Positions 1 through 11,940 of a stretch of DNA of 24,594 nucleotides are shown here, in pieces. Position 1 is the stretch's first letter, and every line of letters starts with the position of its first letter. Origin of the DNA: Ginkgo biloba (Eukaryota; Plantae; Ginkgophyta); assembly GCA_024626585.2 (NCBI GenBank), contig JANKJI020000002.1:226893273-226917866 (forward strand). The letters run 5' to 3'. The notes beneath the pieces were generated by a model. The model did no database searches. It saw only the letters and a program-made list of their open reading frames with translations, and was not told the DNA's origin. Made by a program: the position numbers and the translations under genes.

Positions 1-116
1 CGGGACTTCATAAATTTTGACATATTTTTGACTACTAGGATCCGAAAACGGATCAATACATCTAATATTTTCCATTTAATTCATATTATTTTGAGCATAA
101 ATCTCGTGCACAAACT

Positions 117-690
117 ACATATTTTATTGATAACATTCAAAAAAATCATAAGAAGGTCCATGAGGCCTTATTGAAGGAATAATAAAAATATAAACAAGAA
201 AGTGATAGGTATAAGGAAGATCATAATTTATAAGTTATGGATAGATTGTGTATCTATATACTAAAGTATAGGTTAAAATATAAGAAGAGGAAAATGAATC
301 CACTTTGGTATGGTCCTTATACAATATTGGACTAGTTTGGAGAGAATGCTTTTCATTTATACTTGCCTCTATATATGGTTCTACATATATCTCTTAACTC
401 AAATAAGATAAATCTTTATAATCCATCATTATTAGGTGAGTGAGTTGCATATATTTCTTAATATATATATGAATTACACCCAAGATTTATATATTCATTT
501 TAAGAGGAAAGGATTTTCAAGCATCATCAAGATTTATAAGTCTTCAAGTGTTGTTCCATTTCTAGTTGGAAATAAGGAATAGTATCCACACCAAGAAAAG
601 TGGATTACTTTGGATAGATTGAAGATATATTCACCATATATTTTGTACAAAGTAATATGGGAGATTACTCCCTTATAGGGTATTAATGAC
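117..690 (+). pseudogene. Ty3/Gypsy integrase C-terminus (GPY/F motif) with divergent chromodomain-like tail, degraded
   Basis: Manual translation gives FIDNIQKNHKKVHEAL..., then MNPLWYGPYTILD*FGENAFHLYLPLYMVLH (GPY at 312-320), then PFLVGNKE*YPHQEKWITLDRL from 556. Contains stops and frameshifts. Confidence 0.85.
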
Positions 691-1330
691 CTACTGGGAT
701 ATCCTATGGTTAAATTATTAGGGAATTATGAGCATTAAAGGGATTAAAAATTTACAAGTGATGTTGTTTTATTAAAGTATCTAAGGGGGAGGGACATGGC
801 CTTATAGTTTTCATTTTGTGATAATTTTTTTTTTATCATATGTTTATTATAAATTTTTCCTCACTATATATTTTATCCTATGTTCACTTTCCCTACCATC
901 TATATTTATAGAAGGACTCCTTGAATGAATAAAAGTACTTAGTTAGTGGATGACTACACTAAATTAATTAATAAATGAGTCATTTCATGGATACAAATTT
1001 ATTTGTTATATGAATACTTTCATGATATTATATGAGAATTATCCATTTATAAATTAATAAATCCTTAGTCTTCATGTTGTATGATTAGTTTTGGGCTTAG
1101 TATTTGAGTTAGAGAGATTCCATTCAGTCATGTATTCTACTCTCATTCTATAAGAGGTTTATTCATTAATGAAATAGTTTTGAATTTATGCCACAATCTT
1201 TCGTTGTTCTTATTTGTTGATAATTATTCTTATTCTTTATTTGAGTCATAAATATTTCTTTGAGACCTTGTTTGAAAGGGAATAAGTTCACTTAGATTCT
1301 CATAATATTAGACTATCACCTTTCAGATTA
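688..1330 (+). repeat. Putative 3' LTR of the Gypsy element above
   Basis: Non-coding segment starting 'tga' just after the end of integrase, with a TATA-like ctatatttata at ~900. No partner LTR in the window, so the boundaries are inferred. Confidence 0.35.
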
Positions 1331-2199
1331 TGATATTAGGACATATGAAAATTCTTACACATGTCAAGAATAAGTTTTCAAGATTTTTTCACTTTTAAAA
1401 AAATCCCTACGTCAATAGAAAAATATTCTATATAGTTGGGAAAAGTCACTGCACAATTAGAGAAAGATGAAACATCGACATGGAAAAACATGACATTTAT
1501 AGTGAATTCCACACCTTTTTCCCATATCAAGAATTAAGATTTTTTGGAGGATAATCTCAAACTCAACATTTATTACTCTAGTCAGCCCAATACTACATAA
1601 GCTTCGTATTCACAAAAGTGTAATTTAAAATATTTCTTTTAAGTGTACTTGGAGGATTTAAAGCTTCTGCATACTTGGGTTTCACCTTTATGGGAACCTT
1701 ATCCAAGGAAAATTAGTTTAATATATTATTTTTTTGCATAATTTCACGGAAATATCATAAACACATTTATATAATCAATTCATCTAAATTAGTTTAAATT
1801 GATTTGGTATTATGAATTGTTTACATGGAAGTTTATTATGAAGTTATTCATATTTAATTTTTTTTATAATGTATGTTGCTTACTAAAGTTCTTCCATTAA
1901 TTTTAATTTATAATGTGTTGTATATGTTTATCATAATAATAGATTACAACGTTTGTAAGAAGTTTTCTCTTTGTTTTAATATCCATTGTATGATTTCACT
2001 TTTAATAAATAGATCCTATTCACTATAGATCCAATTTAGGATAGATTTCTCATCAGTAAATTCTTAAAAACTAAGACCATCTTGATTGCATGTAAAGAAA
2101 ATAGAAGTGAAGGCACCCTCCATCAATAGGGCTATGATAAGTGTAATAGGGACACCCCAAATTATTAACTACTTAGGATTTGATATATTGATATGGGTA

Positions 2200-2612
2200 A
2201 TCACCTCATTGCCACTCAACTAGAACCACACTATTGAAAATAGAATGATGTCATTGGCTACACTCAACCAAGGATAGCCTAATAGTAAGAAAATAGAATT
2301 AACCTAGGGTAATTTTACCACTATAAAATCAATCCATGCCAGTATGCTAATAAAATCTACCTCCACATATTTCATAACCCCCTTTAGGAAAACTTCTCAT
2401 AAATAAAAGGTAATGAAATTTATGGAACATAAATCTATTATAGTCAAGCCTAGACAAGCCATTGCATGGAGTGGAATAATGTTTACCAATGATCCACCAT
2501 CCACTACCACTTTACATAATACATGACCACTAATAGTTAATATTACTAGAAAGGCTCTTGGGTCTATGTTAGTGTATAAGACTTGTGAGTAATTTAGTTG
2601 AATCATGCCCAC
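2200..2612 (-). pseudogene. Retrotransposon aspartic protease (Gypsy-type), degraded
   Basis: ORF 2397..2612 has VVVDGGSLVNIIP (catalytic D-G-G-S at ~2501-2490). After a frame break it continues WIDFIVVKLP*VNSIFLLLGYPWL, matching the LLGRPWL retropepsin motif (~2289-2266). Confidence 0.85.
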
Positions 2613-3129
2613 CTATAAATCTTTGTCAAGAGATGGGACTAATTTTAATAGATATGATGCAAAAATATTAGCCCGAAACTATACAAGGTCTATCCATAAT
2701 AAGTGTGCTAGCATTAGATCCCTTGGGATGGACAACTAGTACATTAGATTTACAGCATAAGACGTAGAAGCCATAGTTTGAAGTTTAAATAAACCTGATC
2801 ATTTGATAGTTTTCATCATCTCTATCATTACCATTATCAAAATTATATTAGTAACCTTTGAGATGGAATTGATATCATTGATCCTCGATAATTGATTATT
2901 AGTGGGTGGCATAGTAGGTTGAGGATCAGGCACTACTGGATGGTACCTATATTCCATGCCCTACTAGGATAGAGATAGGACTTTATAAATTAGGAAATCA
3001 TTTTATACTCCTTGAATAGACAGGCCATAAACATGAACATATTAAATATTTAGAGAATGCACTACTCATGGAGGGGTAATAGGCCATTAATTAGAATGTG
3101 ATACCATAGGGTATGCTAGCCTAGGTGGA

Positions 3130-4330
3130 GTTATTCTTAGACATTGCCCTTTATTATGACCATACACTTTGCATACATTATACTCGCTCCTAGTGGGGTA
3201 TTGATCTCATGTATGTTCACCTTGATAATTGGCATAATAAGAGAGATATTAGCAATTTTATTTATAGTGGCCATTCAATGAATAATACATATAGAAATGG
3301 ATAGGATCTTTAGTATCATACCATATTTTCCCTCATCCATTATCATAGTCGCCCTTTCATTTGCAACCCTTATGTCTCTTATAGGGATATTAAGGTGCCA
3401 CACATGCTTCTTGATTAGGTGGTTGTTATCCTCCCATTGTGATGGCACTGTAACACATTCAAGGGTTGTCAATTGACATTCACTAGATAACCTTACTATT
3501 ATAGGTTCCTTTATCAAGCTTGATTATCCTACAAAAGATTGAACATCTAATGTGTCCCTTCTCATTGAGTATCCTTTATATTCTCGATTAATTATGCCAA
3601 ATGATCTATAGTCTAGAGCAGTGATTGCTCTAAGATAGTCCTATATTTAATCGATCAGGAAGGAGTGAGTGTGCTTACTAGCACTAATAAAATATGAGTT
3701 TGAGGATGATTAGAGTGTAATATAGGTATAGGTTGAGAATCATAGAATGAGTATGGGTCCAAGATCAAATCATAAGGTAGTAGTAGTTGAGGACCCTCGG
3801 GTGGTATAATACCTCTAAAATTATGATATTTTACTCTAATATCTATCTAAGAGATGATATATAGCTCATATTCAAATGTAAATATGACCTAAATTTCATC
3901 TTCCAACATCATTGTCTTATTCTAGGGGAAAACGCCACTAGGCCACAACATGAATACCATTCTCAAAATAGGCCAACAAGGTCTATTAATTCACCTATGA
4001 TCTGAATATTTACCTATAAGCATTAAAGTGATTAGCATATGCATTATAATACTCTTCCATCCCCTAATGAATCCACAATAGCTTATTTAAGGCTTGTTGT
4101 TTCCTATTAGCCTAAGAATAGTAAGGAATCAACAAGGTTATAATATCTTCCCATGATTGTATGAACTAATGAGACAAAGTATCATAACAATATTTGGTAT
4201 CATGAATGAAAGTGGTTGGGAATAAAACCATGTAGTAGGCTAGATCAGTAATACAAGTAGAGACAAAATATTAAATGTGTTGAATGGGGTCATCTCGTCC
4301 ATTATATCTACATAATAGTATTAATATATA
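3130..4330 (-). pseudogene. Retrotransposon Gag (capsid core plus two degraded CCHC zinc knuckles)
   Basis: YNGRDDPIQHI*YF...LFPTTFIHDTKYCYDTL...IQSWEDI...ALNKLLWIH*GMEEYYNAYANHF (~4306-4020) fits the Retrotrans_gag pattern. YANYQGEHT*DQYP and YNVCKVYGHNKGQC (~3240-3140) are CX2CX3-4HX4C knuckles with Cys->Tyr decay. Confidence 0.8.
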
Positions 4331-4904
4331 TGGAATTGGATATAGACCTAAAGTATTATGATAGGAATGGGCATCGTCAGTTAAGAAGAGGAATCCATGG
4401 ATGGTGGTATTGACACTCCTAAAACTGACAATATAGAAGATTTACCTATAAAATGAGTCATAGAGGCTAAAGAAAATCCACCTAACTATGTCTTTTGTGA
4501 TACCATGAAAATAGGATTTTACCGAATGCTTCAAGATGATAGAGACCCTAAAGAGATGGAGAGATTGGAGGTAATTAGACTATAGAAGCTAACTTATAAG
4601 ATAACTAAGTAAGGTCTAAAAAATCCTCCAAAATCATTGTATTGGAATTTGAGGGACCACCTTCTTGTAGAAAGCACCTGAGTTAGTGTATCTCTATTAT
4701 AGATCATCTAAGAATGACAAATGGGACCAAATTACTAATAGTTAATAATGAATTCAATGAGGGAGATAGGAGAATAGAAGTGGATGAAAATGAACTCTAA
4801 TAATAAGCATATCCTTAATATGAATTATATGAAGCATAGGTTACCAAAGTCTTAATCCATAATATAGTAGTTAAACTAGGCCTCATTCCACCATTGGAAG
4901 CCAG

Positions 4905-5305
4905 TCAAGATAGGCCTTGGCTAGGTATTTTTCATAAGTATTCAAAGATTTGGAGATATAGGATATATTAAACGATGAGAATTTGTCCTTTAATTCTATT
5001 GTTGAATTAAAAGACTTCTTCAAAGTCTAATTCTTGACACCCCAACATGAATTTAGTTGATTACATAGGAGAAAAGAATTAGATAAGACACAGATTCTTA
5101 ATATCGCTTTTGTAGCCAAGACTTCTAAATCTTTGATCAAGGCAATATTCTTAACAACATTATTAGTAGATGAAAAATGAATTAAATTAGAATGAATCAT
5201 GAGAAGTTTATTTTGGTCATCTCTCAACACTAAGGAAAAAGCTAATGGACCTAGATTGCCTCTATAATCTCCATCTATGTAAAGAGTCCAAGAAACAAAA
5301 TCCAA
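4905..5305 (-). pseudogene. RNase HI domain of the cellular/archaeal-like (aRH) type, degraded
   Basis: ORF 5027..5305 reads WTLYIDGDYRGNLGP...STNNVV...VLSNSFLLCNQLNSCWGVKN and continues past a stop as TLK...FSSFNISYISKSLNTYEKYLAK. This follows the DG..RGNPG / TNN.AE / GDS / N..AD.LA layout of RNase HI. Confidence 0.85.
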
Positions 5306-5437
5306 GTCCTCTATAAGGTCCTTTGAGAGATACCTCCNNNNNNNNNNNNNNNNNNNNNNNNNNNNNNNNNNNNNNNNNNNNNNNNNNNNNNNNNNNNNNN
5401 NNNNNNNNNNNNNNNNNNNNNNNNNNNNNNNNNNNNN

Positions 5438-6651
5438 ACTTATTTAGAGTAATATGGATTATGGATAAATAATGTCTTTACATGGACCCTCACAAGGTGA
5501 AAATCCTAAGATATTAAAAGATACATCTAGTTTGATTAAGTTCATGAAATGTTTGGGATTAATAAAATTATATAAGAAGTTAACTAATATAAACTTAGAT
5601 ATAGCCTATCCTCTTCATAGGATTCCAAATAATATGGTTTTATTTGATTAGTTATGGATCCATTAGGANNNNNNNNNNNNNNNNNNNNNNNNNNNNNNNN
5701 NNNNNNNNNNNNNNNNNNNNNNNNNNNNNNNNNNNNNNNNNNNNNNNNNNNNNNNNNNNNNNNNNNNNNNNATAGTTTTCCATGGGTAATTTCATTTAGA
5801 AACAACATAGAACAATTTCATATATTTTGAGATTTTTTATATTACAAAGTAGAAAAAATTATAGGATTTTAATATTTAATACATACCTTCTTAAGAAGGG
5901 GAAAATGCTTCACACTAATTATCAACTTATATAATTATTACATTCCTAGTCCAACCTATAATAGCATCATCACATGAAGTAGACCTCCTATATTTAGAAA
6001 TTTCATATTATGATCGAGTATAATAAAGGATGTACCAATAAGGTGGCATATTTATTAAGAATACCACCTATTTAGATTGTCCTCACTATCATTAACACTA
6101 CATAATTAGGTTATCAATATTAGAGAGAATTTAATTTTATAGATGTTTTAATTACATTACATTAACCAGCATAGATCCATATCAATATATTTAAGGACTA
6201 ACAATTGTGCGATAAATTCATTCACATTCTAGGAAAACTTTCTGGACCACAAGGTTATGAAAAACAACTATAACTCCTATACAGTGATATGCCCAAGATA
6301 GTTGATCACCCATAAGAAGCATTTTAATATCTAGGAATATAGAGAAAAGTAGGGATAGATATCTATCAATGTTAATTATGTAATATGCCAAAGCTTAAGA
6401 ATAGAAAAATAGGTAAGTATGCACCACTTATAATTCCTTTAAGTTCATAATAATCCATTAGCATGAATTTTATTAAGAGGTTACATATAATACAATACCA
6501 CCATTATGTTAGTTATTATTGATAGGTTTAATAAAGTGGTAATATTCCTTAATTGTAATAAGAGTATTGATGAGACCACTACTATAAAAATATTCTTCAA
6601 GAACATAAGGGATTATTTTAGGCTACTCAAGAATATTTTTAGTGATAGGGA
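5438..6651 (+). pseudogene. Ty3/Gypsy pol fragment: RT thumb/connection, RNase H, integrase zinc finger and N-terminal core
   Basis: MDPHKVKIL...CLGLIKLYKKL...IAYPLH (~5500-5620); LHTNYQ...HMK*TSYI*KFHIMIEYNKGCTNKVAYLLRIPP (~5908-6068); C*LCNMPK...KYAPLIIP..SISMNFI; VIIDRFNKV...FRLLKNIFSDRD (ORF 6506..6733). Homology stops right after SDRD. Confidence 0.88.
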
Positions 6652-6741
6652 CTATAATGAGGGAAGGGATGAAAGTTCTTGTAAAGAGCCCTTATTTTAT
6701 AATGGTATCACTTATGATGAGAAATCACTATAGTAGGATAA

Positions 6742-7222
6742 CCATTATGGTAAGAAAAAATTTAGGAGAGAGAGATAGAGAGTTCTTACATCTACTTGGT
6801 ATATCCTTCTTGATGATATTTCTCACCATAATTCATCTCATCTTGTATGTTATCTTTATTTTCTATTATCTCTCATGATTTATTTTTTCATGCTATTTAT
6901 ATTAATGATACTCTATGCATAAATAACCCCCCATAGTAATTTGAATGTGTTATTAACAAGTATCATATCATGGAAGTAGTATCTGCAAAAATATAATTTT
7001 TTCCAAAATATATTTTTAGCAAGTACCACTTTCCTAGTATGATACCTATCAAGAACACATTCAAAGGACTATGGGGGTTATATATGCACAAAGTGTGAGA
7101 TATAATATAAGAGAAATATAACACATGATATGAGATGAAATATGGTGAGAAATATAATCAAGAAGGATATATAGAACATATTCAATATACTCTCTCTCTT
7201 CTCATGATTATCTTCATAATGG
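6742..7222. repeat. Long imperfect inverted repeat (arms ~6742-7000 and ~7005-7222, ~4 nt spacer)
   Basis: tatatccttcttgatgatatttctcaccata pairs with tatggtgagaaatataatcaagaaggatata. ataaccccccatagt..ttgaatgtgtt pairs with aacacattcaa..actatgggggttat. Centre is gcaaaaatataatttt-ttcc-aaaatatatttttagc. Confidence 0.92.
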
Positions 7223-7679
7223 AGAAAGGATGAAGGTGATAACAATTGTCAAATAATGGAAGACCCCCCCNNNNNNNNNNNNNNNNNNNNNNNNNNNNNN
7301 NNNNNNNNNNNNNNNNNNNNNNNNNNNNNNNNNNNNNNNNNNNNNNNNNNNNNNNNNNNNNNNNNNNNNNTCCTTGAGGTATTTATCCTTTCATGGATTA
7401 TTTCATAAAAACTCCTTATGTAAAAAATAGAGGCCCTAGATATATATCCTAGTCCTTCTATTCTTACTAAACAGGTTATTACAAACAAAAATTCATTCTT
7501 ATTTAAATCTTAATTAATCCTATCAAATTCCATTAACAAATGTTGATATGTAAAACCATTTTCATCTATAATTAATGTTAATATGGTCTTTCATNNNNNN
7601 NNNNNNNNNNNNNNNNNNNNNNNNNNNNNNNNNNNNNNNNNNNNTGCGTATATATTTCAAATATATATACGCACATTGA

Positions 7680-9810
7680 TTTTCATTTCTCAAGAATAGG
7701 AAGGATTATATCATTTATAACAAAAGGGGTGGACAACTTCATAGCTTTCCATTCCTAAGACTAGGCATCCTCAACAATATAAAACCCTAGAAGAAAGGTA
7801 CTTTCTTAGGGTTAGAGATAACAAGATTCAATACTTTAAGGAAACTTCACATGGTTCTAAATAAGAAACCTTGGACACAAAATAGGGTGTTGGTATAAAA
7901 ACTAAACATATGATACCAAAACCACCATGCAGGGTGTTGAAAAATATACTATTGAACCTAACCCTAAGGATACCATACAGGGCACCATAGACCATCGAGG
8001 ACCAATCCATACCACCAAAATAGAAGAAACCCTAAAACCCACAACTATACTAGAATAAGAGAAAAACCCCAAAATATAAATAATAACTTGAGACCCTAAG
8101 AAGATTAATAAATATTCATAGCCACACCTTACCATTTGAATAAAAAAATGAATGAAATATCCAATCATTATAGCAAGGCAACCACTTCCATATCACCAGG
8201 ATGATACCTTCAATTAAAATATTGAATTAATAGGTAGGGAATAGTGTAGGGAATATGGTTAAACCCCATCATGGGATCATAATATTGTAGGTTCATAGTC
8301 ACCTTAATCCCTAAGTTTCCATTGAAGGGAGTCTACACTAGACCTATGGACATACTACCATATGAAATAAAGTTGTCATTAGACATCTCAAAGTATAGTG
8401 AATATAAAAGAAAAACATAATTAGAAAAACCCCATGATATTCTCCATAGATTCCATCCCCCCCAAAAAAAAAAAAAATTCTCCTTCATGCATTCAATCAA
8501 TTTATCGCCAAAGCAATTGCGCTTGATCCCTAAAAGGGATAATGATAGGTAGGGATGATCTTCGTAATGGAGGAATGAATCTTCATCCATAAACACCTTA
8601 AACCCTAGCAAAGCCTATGATGCATTGATCTTAATACAACCATACTTAACTATGATCCAATATTCCATCTTTTTAAATCTAAGAGATACACAAATCTCCC
8701 TAAGTTCCCAAAATTTAATCCCTTAAGAAAAGGGAATGTGGCCCAAACTACCCTAATTATAACTATAGAGATCTATTATTTCTCCATGATGTCTATGATA
8801 TGGGAAGGTGTTTTTTCAATATCCTTTGAGTATTTAATGATAATTTTTCCTACATCGAAGCTTAACTTTAATAGATTTGTTCCCCTTAACATGTCCTCNN
8901 NNNNNNNNAGGAATATTATAATAATATTTTCTTCATAACACTTCCTTCCATTTTCTATTCCTTTATTATAGGAAATTATAACATCGTTTAATTCTAATAA
9001 CATTATATAATAGATAGAGATGCCTTATTCCTATTCCTCCCTTTCATGTAGGGGTAATGGATTTAGCCTAACCAATATGTAAATAGGTTTTTTCTTATCC
9101 TATATTTAGGGATAAAATAAAATAATCTACTCCTTAAATTCTTCCCTAGCTATGAATAGTTCCACAACATATTACCCCATNNNNNNNNNNNNNNNNNNNN
9201 NNNNNNNNNNNNNNNNNNNNNNNNNNNNNNNNNNNNNNNNNNNNNNNNNNNNNNNNNNNNNNNNNNNNNNNNNNNNNNNNNNNNNNNNNNNNNNNNNNNN
9301 NNNNNNNNNNNNNNNNNNNNNNNNNNNNNNNNNNNNNNNNNNNNNNNNNNNNNNNNNNNNNNNNNNNNNNNNNNNNNNNNNNNNNNNNNNNNNNNNNNNN
9401 NNNNNNNNNNNNNNNNNNNNNNNNNNNNNNNNNNNNNNNNNNNNNNNTTTTGAGTGGTATATGACCCTATATAACCCTCTCATATTCCCTTATCTTACTT
9501 ACCAAATTAATGACACTTCTTATAAACTAATATTTTCTCATGTAGTTGACCCCCTTCTTTATATAATTATCTATCATTAGCAATAATGATGGCATTAGGG
9601 TAATTAAATTTATCTTATATGAAAATTAAACCTTCAAAATCATATTTTAATGACTAATACTTGAGAATAAGAGGAAAGAACATTATAATAGAAGATAAAA
9701 GAGCATTCAAATATATTACATGGTAGATAAGGGGAATAATAACTCCTTAATTAAAATGACTAGGGAGTTTTTCTAGATGAAGGAATTTGAGACCAAGAAA
9801 CAAATAAAAN
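7680..9810 (-). mobile_element. Highly decayed L1-type LINE ORF2 (RT to C-terminal region)
   Basis: Weak but correctly ordered motifs on the minus strand: FN*GVIIPLI (~9750, cf. N.G.I.LIPK); LMPSLL...YIRRGSTT*ENI..EV..W (~9600-9500, cf. GFI.GR.I.ENI); *GSSAIALA (~8530); PCYNDWIFHSFFY...VW (~8175-8120, zf-RVT-like). Confidence 0.45.
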
Positions 9811-9899
9811 NNNNNNNNNNNNNNNNNNNNNNNNNNNNNNATATAAATATATCATTTCTACTCCTTTATATGGTAAAACATATTGGAGAGGATTATTGA

Positions 9900-11940
9900 C
9901 TGGTTATAATCATAGGTCATGAATTTTTAATATTTCATAAACTTAGAGAAACTCTGAGAGTCATAATCCCAATCTAATTGCCTTAATTTCACAGAGTGTG
10001 TGTCTCATAAAATTCACATATAATTAGAATTCAAATACCTATTAGAAAAATAAAAGGTAATAACAATAATTATTTACTAGAATATAACATAAATAGAAAA
10101 TACAAATTATATAGAGACAACCTAGATACTCTATGTTGGTGTGGGGTACCATCCACCTATATCTATCATGGTTCAAAGCACCTAGAGAAATTATAGTATC
10201 CTTTCAGTATACTATAAAAATATTAACTATCTTCTTAATTAGAGACAATTAATTTATAAATTAGAGAGGGGGTGCAATTACATAATAGTAAATTGTTCCT
10301 CTCCTAGATAGCCCAAATCCACTACAAATAATTTATAATGAAATATTAATCATCATATTTCCTATAATTATTGTGCATGTGTTCCATTAATAGATGAAAA
10401 TACCTCACATCTAATGATGATGATTAAACATATAACCTGATCATTACTTGACAACATATTACATAAAAAAATGTTCTTTATAATAAAAGTAAACTTTACA
10501 CTTAATAAAGGGCCTACTTATAAGTATCTTGCAAGTGAGAAAAAAAATACAAAGAATGATATGGCTTCCATAGAATTATCTGTTAATAAGCCACTCACAT
10601 GTGATTGAAAGTGGAATGATCATAATAGTAAATTATACACTCACCTACAAGTGGGGTACAAGTGAATAATCACTTGTAATCTATCTATATGTGGATGTAA
10701 AACCATTTGGGAACTATTGTTACTCCATTAATTCTCCTTGACCACATTCTAATACTGCTCCCATTCACCTACAATTGAAGTTATAGGTTATATACTTCAT
10801 CTATATCTCTTTATCTACATCACTACTCTCATCATTCACTTTCAAACATCTTAAACCAACATCAAGAAAGCACCAATTTGGCCATAAATCCATTAATAGT
10901 ACCAAAATTGGGCAATCACCATTTCACTTTTGAATTCCTTACAAAACTACCCAAAACTTTCCCAATGAATACAAATATACCATCACATGATTCCTATGAA
11001 TTAAAATTATGGGGACATTTATACCGTCATAAATTTCCCCCTCATTGAATTCATAATTCCTCTTGTGAACTAGCTTCAAAGACTTATGAATCTTTAAAAG
11101 GAACTTTTAGGAGAGATTCGCATGCTATACCTGTTTGAGTATAATGGATTGTTGGCTATGAGGCTTCTTGTCACACCACTTCTCAATAAATTCAATCCAT
11201 ATCATCTCTAACTGATTTAGTAGATTCTTCCTCTATTCCTTTCATAGGCCTCTTATAAGAACCAATACTCATTTTCTAAGCCTACATATGATGCCATATG
11301 AAATTCCTCTCCTAACACTTATCCTCATCCTACTTATACAAATTAGCATAACTTTCACCAATCATGGTATAAAAATATCTTAAGTCATAATTATTATCTA
11401 TCGAGAAGACCAAAATTTGAGGCCCTTTAGGAGGCTATCCTTGACACCTATAATGCTCCATAATGCTTTAGGAACCAACTTCCATGAGAGAAAAAAAAGG
11501 AATGAATAATGGATTGGGTAAATAACATTTCTTGATCCATTGATTCATAGTAGATTGAATATGTTTTATCAATTATTCACAACATGATAAATCTAGTTGA
11601 CATATTTATAGGTTATATGGATCCTACATCTATAATACTAAAGAATATCCAAATTACTCAAGCCTATCCTAGGAAACCACAAGGGAACTTGTATCCAATT
11701 AGGAATTTAGATCACCCCACATTTTAATCACCAAATTTAGTTTATTTTTATATACATCCCATACTCTTGGGGTCCCTAGATAATCTACATGTCAATCCAC
11801 TACTTTATCACCATCCAAGTGCTTACCTCTCACTTACAATCTTATAACAAATTCATTCCTTTGAAATAACTTAATCTACCTTGATCTCCATTCTTCTTTC
11901 CTAAGGATGGACATCATCCTTCATAAGTGGAGATCCCACA
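9900..11940 (-). mobile_element. 3' end of a Gypsy element: decayed integrase C-terminus/chromodomain-like region, PPT and 3' LTR (~11031 to ~9900)
   Basis: On the minus strand the polypurine run aatgagggggaaa (~11047-11035) is followed by tatgacgg (a decayed TGT start). Upstream are weak remnants NVG*SKFL...IIDVGSI and EY...KGIEEEST. The distal LTR end is uncertain. Confidence 0.45.

Noticed and set aside
1330-2030. Possible coding or exon sequence between the two Gypsy remnants
   Set aside because: I could not recognise any motif or ORF, so it is left unassigned.
4905-5305. Functional host RNase H1 gene or a recent horizontal transfer from a prokaryote
   Set aside because: Catalytic acidic residues are lost (E->K, D->N), there is an in-frame stop, and it shows the same decay as the surrounding TEs.
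6652-6710. Purine run gagggaaggga + tga ... TGGTATCA resembling PPT/mini-LTR/PBS
   Set aside because: The implied LTR would be only ~33 bp, has no second copy, and the PBS match is just 8 nt. Probably chance.
6642-8611. Hydrophobic short ORFs (6642..6878, 7828..8010, 7902..8168, 8333..8611) that look like membrane peptides
   Set aside because: Their composition is explained by T-rich decayed repeat sequence. They overlap the palindrome or LINE remnants and have no family motif.
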